DNA of 64,000 bases, taken from IMG/VR virus record IMGVR_UViG_2687453119_000006, positions 1-64,000 of that record. One strand, written 5' to 3'. Below the pieces are notes generated by a model. That model had not been told where the DNA came from. It saw only the letters and a program-made list of their open reading frames with translations, and searched no databases. Source of the DNA: a virus. Taxonomy: Duplodnaviria > Caudoviricetes. Shown piece after piece: positions 36,462-47,108 of this stretch. Both the position numbers and the translations under genes were made by a program. Position 1 is the first letter of the stretch; every line of letters begins with the position of its first letter.

Positions 36462-36939
36462 AGGCGACCTCGATGTCTTCCAGGTGCAGGACGCGCGGCC
36501 AGTTCGGATCACCGGTCGCGAGGAAGTTGTCCATCGCTTCCAGTGCCTGGGACGGCGCGATGTCGATGTATTCCGGACCGTCGTAGCTGCGGCCATTGGT
36601 GTCGACGATCCACTGACCGCCCATATCCTGTAGCGGGAAGAACAGCGGGATCAGCCTGGGGCTGGCGTGCCGAGTGACATAGCCCGCCGCGGTCGCGCAG
36701 GGAGCAGTGCGGTCGCGCTCCATGGCGCGGAACATCCAACCGCCGATGCAGCAGGTGGTGCCGCAATCCGTCTCGTTGTCGATGGTGTTCATGTTGAAGC
36801 CGTTCGTCTGATCGGCGTTAACTTCGCGATCGTGGGTGATCACGCCATTGGCGAACAGCTCGCGGATCTCCAGGGCGGCCTTCAGCTCTGCCTCCCGGAT
36901 GTTGAGTGCAGTGGCGGACAGGACTCTTCTATCGGTCAT
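36454..36939 (-). CDS. Hypothetical phage protein (CGT..CIGGW)
   Basis: SD AAGGAG; FNM..CGTTCCIGGW. Confidence 0.7.
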   Translation of the reverse strand: MTDRRVLSATALNIREAELKAALEIRELFANGVITHDREVNADQTNGFNMNTIDNETDCGTTCCIGGWMFRAMERDRTAPCATAAGYVTRHASPRLIPLFFPLQDMGGQWIVDTNGRSYDGPEYIDIAPSQALEAMDNFLATGDPNWPRVLHLEDIEVACA

Positions 36940-37031
36940 GATGGTCTCCTTTGGACTCGGGGATAATTTGCATTTGCATTGAGCGCAAGCACTAAATTTG
37001 CAGTCGTGCAAATTTCGTGATAGGCTTTGGC

Positions 37032-37475
37032 ATGCAGAAAACTGATGTGTTTGGCCTTCCCTGGCTTTCCTCAAAGCCAGAACGCGCAATCTTCGATGAG
37101 CTTCAGTACGCCTGCGTCTACGCGGTCGGTCCAACAGGGGGCCGGCCGCTCAGGATCGGCTGGGCACGCCAGCTCAAGGACCGGATGCAGGCCCTCCAGC
37201 TCGGGAGCTGGAAGGAACTGCGGATCCATCACATCGCCTGGGTCGCAGGCGACATGCTTGCCATCCGCCTGTTCAACGAGGCGACGGCCACCCTCGACAA
37301 GGCGAAGCGGAGGCTTGCGAACGACTGGTTCGACATCACGCCGGAGTTCGCTCAGCAGGCCATCCGCCTCGCCGCGGACAAGAGCGGGATCCAGACCATC
37401 ACGCACGGCGAGATGCTGCAGAAGGTGAGGAACATCCGGAAGAGCCGGATCGAGGACGTCATCAAGCGGGCCTAG
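37032..37475 (+). CDS. T5orf172/GIY-YIG-like protein
   Basis: VYAVG...RIGWA..RMQALQLGS...WF. Confidence 0.6.
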   Translation: MQKTDVFGLPWLSSKPERAIFDELQYACVYAVGPTGGRPLRIGWARQLKDRMQALQLGSWKELRIHHIAWVAGDMLAIRLFNEATATLDKAKRRLANDWFDITPEFAQQAIRLAADKSGIQTITHGEMLQKVRNIRKSRIEDVIKRA

Positions 37476-37799
37476 TCCGACTCGCTCCAGTACTTCCAGG
37501 TCGGCGACATGGCGTTCCAGCGGTCGAGCAGCTCCAGGAAGTGCATCCGGGACAGGAAGCGGGCAGAGCCTTCGGTCGTTGCCTCTTCGCCAGGTTGTGC
37601 CGGTAGAACTTGCCGACGTAGTCGCATCCAGGCTGGTCGTGTTCAATCGCCCGCAGGCTTGGTGACGATTCTCGGGCGTTCCGATCGTCATCCAGAAGTG
37701 GCGGCTCGACCGCGCCAACTAGATCGCGGTGCCGGTTGTTATGTCGGACGGTCGCGAAGGGCCGCCGCTGAAGCTGCGGTCGCGCCGTCGCAGGATCCA

Positions 37800-39458
37800 C
37801 TACATCTTGGTCGAAAGGATCTTGCACTTGCCCAAATTCTTGAAAAGGCTAGCTGGATAGGAGTCCGCATAATTGAGCTTTACGGCCGTGAGCAGCTTCG
37901 CAATGGTAGTATCGACTAGGCTTGGGATCTGGCCCTCTACCGAGACGAATGTCTTGCCTGAAGCCACCCCCAAAACGCTTAGGACGGCCCATTCGATGAA
38001 GCGATTTCCATGAACGCAGATGAGACCGTCACGCCCCGTGTACTTCTTCGATTCTGAGCTCAATGCCAGATCAACAGCCCGAAGTCCCTGCACTGCCTGC
38101 CAAACGTGGGGTCCAGTGACCCCGCCGTTGAAGAGCTGCTTGTAGGGCGCTTTTGACAGATCTTCCCAGAGCTTACCAATCTCGCGCTTCGCCTGGACGG
38201 CTAGCGATACGTCGGAGTTTGAGCATGCCAGCGCCACTGTTGCCTCCGTAAGGTCAAACCTCTTTGCGGCAGACCCGCTCGAAGCTCCCGACTTGTATGC
38301 ATACTCGACTCCCTCGATGTGGAGTTCTTGTCGAATTCTCTCCTGCTCGGGATCCAGAGCAACGAAATCACGCTTTTCAATCGCGTTCTGTGTGTTGGTG
38401 AACCTCGTAACCTCAGAGGCAAAGGCCGACGGGCTCTTTTCACTAGAGATTATTCGTAGCGGAACCATCGCTTTCTGAACTGACTCGGGATTTAGTGTCG
38501 CTGCCGCAAAGATCGAACCTACCGTTTGCGCGCCATTCACGACAGAGAAACCGGCGCATTCAAAGATGCCCGATTCGGTCGAGTTTCCGCCTATTGGCTT
38601 CTTCGCCACTCCGGATGCAACAACTGTGATACCGTTGTTGAAGTACCAGAAATCCTCCGGACGCTTCAATAGCGTGTCCACGATGTCCTGATTGACTTGG
38701 CTCGTCCCCAAGAACTGTCGAAGGTTCTTGTCGAACAATCGGCTACCGTTGACTTTCATCCAACTGGCAACGTCAGCGGCGCACACCTGGCCATAGACGC
38801 CGAAATGCGGTTCTTTTACTTGCCCCCATCCATATAGCTGAACTTCAGCCGATACCGGGGCTCCCGCCAACCCAGCCGCAACGGCTTTGTGCAGATCGCC
38901 CTGCTTCAGCACGCGCACGAACATGAGGTCAGACGTGTCATTTTGGGATGTCACGTAACTGTCGAGCGCAGCTTGGACCTCGACACTCAAGTCCTCTTGG
39001 CCGGTATGAGCTATGACGAGCACAAAATTCGCATTTGCGTCGAACAGAGCACTCTCAATGTCCGGCTTCTTAGCCTGTATTCGCGAATTTAGCGACGCGA
39101 TGTCGTTGTCGAGAAGTTTCTTCACGCCGTCGATAAACTTCAGGACCTCGCCGAGTTCAATGGACCCGTGTCCGTCCTCATGCCATTTTGTCTGGACCAG
39201 ATACAGAGTTCGATCGTTCGGACTGAAATGGACCAAATCGATACCGCCATCCTGCGCGCCGTCCGTCACTGACTTCGCCAGTTCTTCGATAGGCTCCTCA
39301 GTCATTTGCGAAACAGCCAGTGCGGCAAGCCCTCGCGTGAGAAAGGCCTTTTTGACCTGCTGCGGATCGGAATGATGAGCGTAGTCACTCATGTCGATCC
39401 GGCTGTCCAATTTGGACTTCAGATACCCCTCAGTTTGGGTAACGTGCAACTTGGACAT
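37800..39458 (-). CDS. AIPR-family (abortive infection phage resistance) protein
   Basis: DGGID..VQTKW nuclease-like N-terminus; NLRQFLG, FWYFNNGIT, VNGAQT, TNTQN; lower GC. Confidence 0.88.
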   Translation of the reverse strand: MSKLHVTQTEGYLKSKLDSRIDMSDYAHHSDPQQVKKAFLTRGLAALAVSQMTEEPIEELAKSVTDGAQDGGIDLVHFSPNDRTLYLVQTKWHEDGHGSIELGEVLKFIDGVKKLLDNDIASLNSRIQAKKPDIESALFDANANFVLVIAHTGQEDLSVEVQAALDSYVTSQNDTSDLMFVRVLKQGDLHKAVAAGLAGAPVSAEVQLYGWGQVKEPHFGVYGQVCAADVASWMKVNGSRLFDKNLRQFLGTSQVNQDIVDTLLKRPEDFWYFNNGITVVASGVAKKPIGGNSTESGIFECAGFSVVNGAQTVGSIFAAATLNPESVQKAMVPLRIISSEKSPSAFASEVTRFTNTQNAIEKRDFVALDPEQERIRQELHIEGVEYAYKSGASSGSAAKRFDLTEATVALACSNSDVSLAVQAKREIGKLWEDLSKAPYKQLFNGGVTGPHVWQAVQGLRAVDLALSSESKKYTGRDGLICVHGNRFIEWAVLSVLGVASGKTFVSVEGQIPSLVDTTIAKLLTAVKLNYADSYPASLFKNLGKCKILSTKM

Positions 39459-39927
39459 GGTTTCGCGCTTTCCATTTTGGTCGAGTTGAGTATGCCGATC
39501 AAGATTCGATGCTGCCACTGATTCTATCGGGTTTGTAGATCCATGCCAACGATCGCGGGGGAATAGCGATTTTTAGCCGGGCGGCCCGGTCGGAAAGCTG
39601 AACGCACCAGCGAAGTGACTCCGGATCGTCGGTCACCTCACTGGCATCCGCAGTCAGATCGGATATTCGTCGACCTCGCAACCGCGGCCAGCGTAATGGC
39701 GCGCTGCACTCACTGGCGCCGACCTCTCTCGCGCTGACCGAATCTGCTCCGCACTCGTCATGCCTTTCCTGGCATACACGGTGACGCGGTATCTCCTCTA
39801 GGGCAGTCGATATATGTTCGAGCAGCTCTACGTTGCTCATGATATTGATGTGGCCTCAACGTCCTCAACCTCCTTGAGGCGGGCGCTGTTGGCGAACCAG
39901 ACGTTCCACATGACATCTCTAGCAACG

Positions 39928-40476
39928 TCACGCCGCGCTCTCCTCGCGCTGGAGCGCCAGCTCTGCCGCTACGACCGAGTCGAAACATGCGTGCCAGAGC
40001 GAATATCTGTACTCCCGGACGCTGTGCAGCACCTCGATCAGTTTGCGCTTCTCGGGGACGTAGACCCGGGCGAAGCCGAGGTCGTGCTCCATGATGTCCC
40101 GGGTGTTGCTCAGCATGTCGGCGCATTTGATCATCTGGCCTTGCCAGGATGCGCCGGCCAGGTACTGCCGATCGAGGCGCTTGCGGAAGGCGCGATTGCC
40201 GTGCTCCTTGACGCTGACATCGGTCACCTGAAGCACCAGGTCAGTGATGATCGGGCCGAACGCCTCGATCAGCTGTGCCGGTTGCGTTGGCGTGTCCTCC
40301 AGGGTGTCGTGCAGCCAGCCGGCGGCGACGACCTCAGCCGATGCTGTGTAGCAGAGCAGGGTGCAGGCGACCTCTTCCAGGTGGTACCAGTATGGCACGC
40401 CCGTATACTTGCGCTTCTGGGTACCGTGGGCCTCGATAGCGAAGTCCTTGGCTCTTCTGATCAGATCGAAGTCCAT
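39928..40476 (-). CDS. HD-domain (p)ppGpp hydrolase (SAH/Mesh1-like)
   Basis: [30 protein letters not shown]. Confidence 0.88.
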   Translation of the reverse strand: MDFDLIRRAKDFAIEAHGTQKRKYTGVPYWYHLEEVACTLLCYTASAEVVAAGWLHDTLEDTPTQPAQLIEAFGPIITDLVLQVTDVSVKEHGNRAFRKRLDRQYLAGASWQGQMIKCADMLSNTRDIMEHDLGFARVYVPEKRKLIEVLHSVREYRYSLWHACFDSVVAAELALQREESAA

Positions 40477-40477
40477 C

Positions 40478-40675
40478 TCAGGCGGCCTTCTCATTGTCGT
40501 TGTTGGCGGGAACGATCGCATCAAGCCGGAATGCCAGGACGTGAATGTCCAGCGTCATCGGCTCCTTCCAGGTGAAGCCTGCGCGATCGCGGTGGGTATG
40601 GACGAAGTTGATCTGGTGGACGACCGCCGTGCCGAACGGCAGCGTCTCGCCGGGAGGGATGCCAATTGCGAACAT
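40478..40675 (-). CDS. Hypothetical protein with ssrA-like tail
   Basis: SD GAGGAG; ends ANNDNEKAA. Confidence 0.55.
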   Translation of the reverse strand: MFAIGIPPGETLPFGTAVVHQINFVHTHRDRAGFTWKEPMTLDIHVLAFRLDAIVPANNDNEKAA

Positions 40676-40938
40676 TACTCCTCTCCCCAGCATTCTTCGT
40701 CGTCGAGGTTCTTCAGCTCATCGGGGAGCGGCTGACCATCGGTGACGGGGAAGAACGGTGCGCCGAAGAAGCCGCAGTCGTACGTCACATCGCCGCAGTC
40801 GACTCCGATCTTGGCCGCGAGGCTCTTCGCCATCACAGTACCGAGCCGTTCGATCACCGCGGTGTAGTGGTTGACCTCGGGCATCTTGGCCCGCTGCATC
40901 GCCTCGACGATCTCGTCGATCTTCAGTTGATAGGACAT
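40675..40938 (-). CDS. Hypothetical phage protein
   Basis: Coupled; operator upstream. Confidence 0.65.
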   Translation of the reverse strand: MSYQLKIDEIVEAMQRAKMPEVNHYTAVIERLGTVMAKSLAAKIGVDCGDVTYDCGFFGAPFFPVTDGQPLPDELKNLDDEECWGEE

Positions 40939-41095
40939 GCTGTGTTTCCCGTTTTTGGGTCATTTGCACAACGTTTGCATTCAAGCAAGTATTAATTTGC
41001 GAGTTTGGCCAGGACGCCGACGAACGCAGCGGCCAGGAGCAGGGCGACCGTGAAGTTCCTGGGGTTCAGGAACTCACGGGCCGGAGCCTGCGGCG

Positions 41096-41503
41096 TCACT
41101 TGACCTTCCGCATGAAGCCGACGTTGACCATCACGGCGCCGTACTTGTTGCAGAACTGGCGGTTGCCCTTGTTGATGTCGTCCAGCAGGTAGTTCAGGTC
41201 GGCACGGACCTGCTGTGTCACCTCTGGGATCAGCTTCGTCCGGTCGTACTCGAAGTCCATGATCGCGAAGATCGCGTTCATCACGGCCGGCGCATAGGTG
41301 TCGTAGTCAGCGCCGACCTGGTCGGCAGCCTTCCGCATGGAGCCGTCGACGAACTCGTAGCTGGCGCCGCACTTCTGGCTGACGGCGTAGGCGATAACCC
41401 CCAGACTTATGAAGTCCTTGTTCACCTTGGTTGTTGCCTTGGCGGGAACGGCGAGAGCGAGCGTCAGCGCTACCGCCGACGCACACAGTGCGTGCAGTTT
41501 CAT
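41096..41503 (-). CDS. Exported protein
   Basis: Signal peptide (AKA), Cys pair. Confidence 0.7.
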   Translation of the reverse strand: MKLHALCASAVALTLALAVPAKATTKVNKDFISLGVIAYAVSQKCGASYEFVDGSMRKAADQVGADYDTYAPAVMNAIFAIMDFEYDRTKLIPEVTQQVRADLNYLLDDINKGNRQFCNKYGAVMVNVGFMRKVK

Positions 41504-41529
41504 TGTCGTAGTTCCTTATTTGGGGGCGA

Positions 41530-41874
41530 TTAGTGCTCGCTCGGGAGCAAGATGACGCCGCTCTCGACCCAAAGGGTTATTTCGTCGAGCGGGAAGTCGG
41601 TGAACGTAATGTGCTCGCTGTGCAGGATGACATCGTCATCCTTGCAGGTGAGGGTGGCTGTGTTGTTGGTCACGACCAGCTGCCAGGCTTGGAAGTCCGC
41701 AGCTCGAATTTTCTTTTCGAGCTGCAACGTGGCGATCTTGTCGATCAGCCAGTAGGCCTGCGCGTTCTTCGCGAGGAACTGCACACCATCGGTGTAGCGC
41801 ACGCTCCGCATCAGACGGTGCTGGTAGTGGTTGTCGGTACCGGTGAAGTGGGCGAGGTCGGTCTTGGTGATCAT
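41530..41874 (-). CDS. DUF6876-like early protein
   Basis: FTGT..Y.H, YTDGV, AYWLID, TDFPL, LLPSE. Confidence 0.75.
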   Translation of the reverse strand: MITKTDLAHFTGTDNHYQHRLMRSVRYTDGVQFLAKNAQAYWLIDKIATLQLEKKIRAADFQAWQLVVTNNTATLTCKDDDVILHSEHITFTDFPLDEITLWVESGVILLPSEH

Positions 41875-43324
41875 GTGCTCTCCGGCGTTGAGTCTTCGAT
41901 CTTGATCTTGAAGTTCTGTGAGACGATGCCGGAGGTCTGGCGAAGCACCAGATTGCCGCGGCTGCTGCTCACGATGGTTACGCCAAGCTCTCGCATGGCT
42001 TGCTGCGTGACCTTTGTCAGGTCGGTGACGGAATAGAGCTTCATTCGATCACCTCGTGTTCGCTGATGTCGACGTTGGGCGTGACGTATTCATCGTCGTG
42101 GCCCCGGACATCGTTGAGGACCTCTTGGGCCTCTTCGAGTTTGATGGGCCAATCGTCGGCCGTGGTATCCTCCGGAAGATCAGCGTCCTTGCGGATGATG
42201 TTGATCAGGTCGACGGCCTCGAGTTCGGCCAGCTCCTCGGTCGCGCACACCTTGACGATGCGGCCAGGCACGACGTGGTGAACGCCTTCGACAATCCAGA
42301 CCTTCACTGTTTCTGCTCCTCGACCCAGGCTGTCTGTGCCTTGAGCGGAACTGCATTCCACTCGACGTCATTGCAGTTGCGATCCGCCCATTCGACCGCC
42401 TCGGCGCCGGTCTTGAACGGGCCGACGATGTCGATCCCGTCGAACGGGCTGCCGATCGCGACGACATGCATTCCAGTCATTGTTGCTACTCCCATGTTGG
42501 GCACCCGTTCTCGTCGACAGCGTCATCGCTGTTGCGCTCAGGCATGTGGTCGATGCTGCCTGGCCGACCGAGATCGAGGGGAGGATGAACATGCTCGACC
42601 GCTTCCTCGCGTCGCACTTCGGCGTCACGGATCTTGAGGATCGCCTGGTCGAGCTGGTCGCGAAGGTTGCGAGCCTGGGTAGGATCGAGCACCTCGCGGC
42701 AGCGCGTCCCGCCTTTCGGTCCCGTCAGGTAGATGACGACGCAGTCGTTCTCGCCATTGTCGTAGGCGGGACCGCTGGAAAATCCGCTGATGAACTCACG
42801 CATTGGCTTTCTCCCGGCAGGCCTTGTAGGCCTCGGCGAAGTGATCGTTCCAGTTGCTGTGCGAGAGCGACTCGAACTTGTTGACGAAGAGGCGCACGGC
42901 CGGATCGGCCCATGTCGCCTCGGTGGATTGAGTTTCCTCGGCCGCCTGGTCGACGACCTTGACGAACTCGCGGGCCAAAGCGCGCAGGTTCACCGCGTCC
43001 TGCACATCGAGCGCAACCTTGTGGCGGTTGTATTCAGCAGCCGACATCGCCGTCGTCCTCCTCGTCGTCGCCTTCCTCGTCACCTTCCTCGCTGTCGTCA
43101 GCGGGCGTGAGCTGGTCGAACGTCCACTCGGCGCCGTTCTCGTCGAGGAAGATCATCTTGCCGTCCTGCGTGGCGGTGACCTGATCGTCGTAGAAGATCT
43201 CGGTGCCGCCCTGATAGACAGGCTCGCCGTTGTCCTCGATGCCGGTGATCTCGGCGCGGCCGGTTAATCGCTCCAGCGTGCCCAGAATGGGCGAGCCGGT
43301 CGGTGAAACGTATTCCCTTGCCAT
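41871..43324 (-). other. Run of six small coupled early genes (41871-42044, 42041-42307, 42304-42480, 42486-42803, 42796-43047, 43034-43324)
   Basis: Each has an SD and overlapping or adjacent start/stop codons; several are acidic. Confidence 0.6.
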
Positions 43325-43914
43325 TATGGCCTCTCAGGTTTGGTGATTTCGGTGTCGCGGGTGAGGTCGATCACGAACCGCTGTCCGTAGATCGCCTTAT
43401 CCACGAGAAACCATTTCTCGGTGTGATCGCTGGCGCGCTTGGCAACGACGCCGACCTTGCCTTCCGGCACCCAGTGAGCCCAATCGCCCCACGCCGCGGT
43501 GACCACGTAGTTGCCCCGGTTATCGCGATCGAAAATCTGCTGGTCGCGGACGATGGACTGGCCTGGTTCGATCCGGATGCCGCAGAACGTCTCGAACCAA
43601 TCCGGAAACCAGTTGCGGAGCGTCTCGTGGGCGATCTCCATCTCCGTGCGGTCAGGCTTACCCTCGATCTTGATCGTTCGGGTGAAGCCGATCGGATGGA
43701 CGACAGCAGCGATCGACCACTGACAGTCCTCCTCATACCAGCCGCCTTCGGCTCGCATGTAAGCCGGCACCGCGGCGTTGCGCTCGCGAGACAGCTTGAC
43801 GCCGCCGTGGCCGGCAGTTGAAACCGACCAGATGCCAGGCGCCAGCTCTCGCTTGTCCTGGATGGCGCCCCAAGGTGATGACTTGGGGCAAGGGCACGAC
43901 TTGTACGCGCTCAT
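43324..43914 (-). CDS. DUF7007-like protein
   Basis: SPWG..Q, STAGHGG..LS.ERN, WYEEDC.W. Confidence 0.75.
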   Translation of the reverse strand: MSAYKSCPCPKSSPWGAIQDKRELAPGIWSVSTAGHGGVKLSRERNAAVPAYMRAEGGWYEEDCQWSIAAVVHPIGFTRTIKIEGKPDRTEMEIAHETLRNWFPDWFETFCGIRIEPGQSIVRDQQIFDRDNRGNYVVTAAWGDWAHWVPEGKVGVVAKRASDHTEKWFLVDKAIYGQRFVIDLTRDTEITKPERP

Positions 43915-44189
43915 GCGGACCTCCGATAAGGCTGGTCCAGCCGTATCCCCAGTGGGAACGTGTGGCCGGTGGTGTAACAGTGCTTCTCCCGCTTCCCGAC
44001 GTGACCTTCGCCGGGAAACAGCGTGTTGTCGTACCACTCGCGGTCCGTGCGGAATTGCGGGGCGTAGAACCAGGTCTCGGTCCCGCCTTGATCGCATGGC
44101 CTCAACCGAGACCATGCCGGTACGTGCTCCATCGTGAACCGATGGATGTAGCGGGCCTTCGCCTGCTCGAAGCTGATGACGCGGGCCAT
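43911..44189 (-). CDS. Hypothetical phage protein
   Basis: HRFTMEHVP.W, YAPQF..D.EW..NT. Confidence 0.7.
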   Translation of the reverse strand: MARVISFEQAKARYIHRFTMEHVPAWSRLRPCDQGGTETWFYAPQFRTDREWYDNTLFPGEGHVGKREKHCYTTGHTFPLGIRLDQPYRRSA

Positions 44190-44191
44190 GG

Positions 44192-44806
44192 TCACTTCCA
44201 CGGCCCGAAGTCGATCAGCTCCAGTTCCTCGCCGAGCGCCTTGACGAACTCGGCCGGCTTCTCCTTCGCCTCGAAGGCGCGCTGTACCGAGTCGGGGTGA
44301 TCGCTGATCAGGTCGGCGTACTTCCACTGCTTCTCGGCCTCATCCCGGCAGTCCTGGAAAAACACGTCCCGCTCGTGGGTCGATGGCGGCAGCTCGCTCT
44401 TGAAGGCCTCGCAGGTCGCCCGGCCTTCGCGCCATTTCTTGATCAGTTCCTCGGTGTCGTCCGAAACGAACGAGAGATCCTCATCGTTCGGGTCGAAGTC
44501 CACGCAGTACAGCAGGAACTCCGGCACGAACTCCCAGTCCCAGGTGATAGCGCCGTCGCGCTCATCCTCGGTCATGCCGCGCCAGCACTCCTCGATCTTC
44601 GGAGCGATCTGCCAGGACTGGTCGCGGATCGTGGCTGAGCCGAAGTTGTCGCACCATGCGGGCATGGTCAGCTCACGCTGCTTGAGCGGATGATCGTCCG
44701 GCAGCGTGACGTTGGCATGCAGGCGGGTATCCTCCAGCACCTGATAGACCACCATCGCGGTCTCGATGATGAGGTAGTTGGTCTTGATGATCGGGGTCTT
44801 TTTCAT
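44192..44806 (-). CDS. Acidic hypothetical protein
   Basis: ATGA coupling; WDWEFVP. Confidence 0.65.
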   Translation of the reverse strand: MKKTPIIKTNYLIIETAMVVYQVLEDTRLHANVTLPDDHPLKQRELTMPAWCDNFGSATIRDQSWQIAPKIEECWRGMTEDERDGAITWDWEFVPEFLLYCVDFDPNDEDLSFVSDDTEELIKKWREGRATCEAFKSELPPSTHERDVFFQDCRDEAEKQWKYADLISDHPDSVQRAFEAKEKPAEFVKALGEELELIDFGPWK

Positions 44807-45268
44807 CGGCGTGCATTCCATTGTTCGCTGGCGACGTATTGGTCGTAGAAGGGCTTGAGGGAGGGGGCGATGCTGAGCTTCACCGTCTTGGTGGAGCCGC
44901 AGCACCAGCTGTCGTTCGGGTAGCAGGCGATGCACGCCAGCTTGCCGGTGTCGTTGCCGCGCTTGTCGAGGACTCCGTCCAGAAGGTGGATGTCCTCGGC
45001 GATGCCGCAGTAGGAGCAGGTGCAGCGATCAGCCGGATCGTGCTTCTCAAGATAGCCGGCCATCGATCTTGTCCTTGATCTCCTTGGCGACGCCGACCCA
45101 GGCCTCGCCACTGATCATCGGGGAGTCGACGGCCTGCGGCTCGACGCTCGAGATTTTGTCCGCCCACTTGCTCAGCGCGTCGATTACGAAGAGCTGGGTG
45201 AGGGCGCCGTACCGGCTGTGCGTCATCAAGTCCTTGACGAACGCGACGTTGTCTTTGCGATGTGCCAT
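44803..45268 (-). other. Two small early genes (44803-45063 Zn-finger-like; 45047-45268)
   Basis: CSYC/CIAC motifs; SD AAGGAG. Confidence 0.55.
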
Positions 45269-45441
45269 TGTCGGCTCCTTAGTCCTGCGGGAAGAAGAGG
45301 ACTGTCGCTTCGAGCTGCGAGCAGAGGGTGTGGTGGCCGACGAAATGTCCGCACTGCCACCACACCCACGGAAGGGTGAAGGGAAGATGCGGGCATGCAT
45401 CGTTCCCCTCGATGCCGGCGAGGTAACCGGCGTCGTAAAAC

Positions 45442-45834
45442 TCATACGGGTTCATCGAGAGCCTCGATCGGCGTCGCGCGCTTGATCGCCTCGGCGATGA
45501 TTTGGTTGGCTCGCTCGTAGCCGTCCGACCTGTCGTTCATCACGACGTAGTCCGGCTCGTCGAACAGGGTGTCGGATGCCTTGGACAGATAATCGGCTGT
45601 GGTGATGTAGGCGTCCGTCTGGTCGCTCTTGGTCTGCATCAGCAGCGCGCCGTCCAGACAGCAGCGGCTGATCCGGGTGTATTCGTCGAACCAGAGGCCC
45701 GTGAAGTTCTTGACCTGAAGCACGCCGCTCTCGTCGAGAACCTGAAAGTGGTTGTGGCGGCACCAGCGCGCTGGGTCGCTCAGTTGCTTCTGCATGCCTT
45801 CGAGGATGCAGCGGATCGTGCTTCTGTCAGTCAT
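45442..45834 (-). CDS. Hypothetical phage protein
   Basis: W...CCLDGAL...ND pattern, like 5177-5506. Confidence 0.6.
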   Translation of the reverse strand: MTDRSTIRCILEGMQKQLSDPARWCRHNHFQVLDESGVLQVKNFTGLWFDEYTRISRCCLDGALLMQTKSDQTDAYITTADYLSKASDTLFDEPDYVVMNDRSDGYERANQIIAEAIKRATPIEALDEPV

Positions 45835-45836
45835 TT

Positions 45837-46482
45837 TCAAGTCTCCGGACGTTGCTCGGTCAGCTCGTCGTCGCTGATCCAGATGAAGCGATAGGTCGCG
45901 TCGTGATCGAACAGCGCCTTCGTATTGCTCAGCAGCTCGACGTTGCGTGGATGCACCGCGTAGCTCGCGCCCCATCCGGTGCGCTGCCGCTCGGCCGCGG
46001 TGCCGCGCTTGATGGCCAGGGTGTGGATGTCCTGATAGGTGATGACGAGGTCACGGCTGACGTACTTCCACTGCGGAGGTGTCGGCATGATCAGAACTCC
46101 GTAATGTGCCGCTCGTAGTAGGCCTTGGTGGCCTCGGCAGCGTCGCAGATGGAGCGGGACGGGAAGCGGAGCGGGCCCTTGATCTGCTTGCGGTAGAGGG
46201 GGACCACGTTCAGATCGAAGTGCTGGTCCCACGCGACGATCGGATCGTGGTTGCGAGCCATCGCGAGGTGCTGCTGGTAGAACGGGCCGGTGTTGATCGC
46301 GAAGAGATGCAGGTCGTTGGCGCTGACGATGTGTGTCATCAGATCACCCCGAACACGAAGTGCAGGAGGATCCAGACGGGCAGGGCGAGGATCAGGCAGG
46401 CCCATGCGATGTTGATCGCCACCGCGAACAGCATCAGGCCGATGCCGACCAGAGTGCCTGCGATCATTCCGAGCGTTTTCAT
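45837..46482 (-). other. Three small genes (45837-46088, 46091-46339, 46339-46482 membrane peptide)
   Basis: Coupled ORFs; the 46339-46482 product is a 47-aa hydrophobic peptide. Confidence 0.55.
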
Positions 46483-46529
46483 TTGCGTTTGCCTTCAAGC
46501 AAGGCCCAAGGCGCACCTCGGGCGTGAAA

Positions 46530-47107
46530 TGGGTTGGTGGGCTGGACGTGCTTCACGGGCAGACGAACCGCCTCCACCGTTTCCAGCTCTCGCTACCACC
46601 ATCGCGACCACATCCGTGGTCCGGGCCTGAGTTTTGCCGAGAGCGCTCGGCTTCCCTTCATAGGGACGGCATCCCTACTAGCCCGGCGCGACCCAGGCTC
46701 GTCTCGCACATCCCCTCACAGCGTCCGCATGTGCGGCGTCCCGTGTGACGCAAGGCAGGCGCTACACTGTGAGGGGACGAAAGGCCCCAGCAGATGGTTT
46801 GTGGGCTGCTGGCCCCACTCTGCGTCCGGTCGCTCGCGGTTCACCGGGTAGTCGAATTGTTGCCGGGAAGCGCCGGCTCGCCACTGCGTTTGGGTCGCAG
46901 CAACCAAATACGCTGCCGATTTCTCCGGCTCGCGAACTTCATCATCATGTCCATGGTGGCCATCATCGCCAGGCGCGGACCGGCACCTATGTGGCTAGGC
47001 CGTTTGAAAGTGAGCGACAGCTAGAAAGATCGCTGCCCTCGGTGGTCCTGCCGTGTTTGCCCCTTGCCTCTGGATGACTGCGGCTTGTGACTCGCATCCG
47101 GGGCTCC
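46530..47107 (-). ncRNA. Candidate large structured ncRNA (~580 nt; GOLLD/ROOL-like size and context)
   Basis: Gap without a credible CDS in a dense operon; more than 12 nested helices, G-U pairs only on the minus strand. Confidence 0.7.
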
Positions 47108-47108
47108 A

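Noticed and set aside
46524-47077. Short ORFs listed across the ncRNA candidate
   Set aside because: No SD, non-phage codon usage, mostly on the wrong strand; RNA structure explains the region better.
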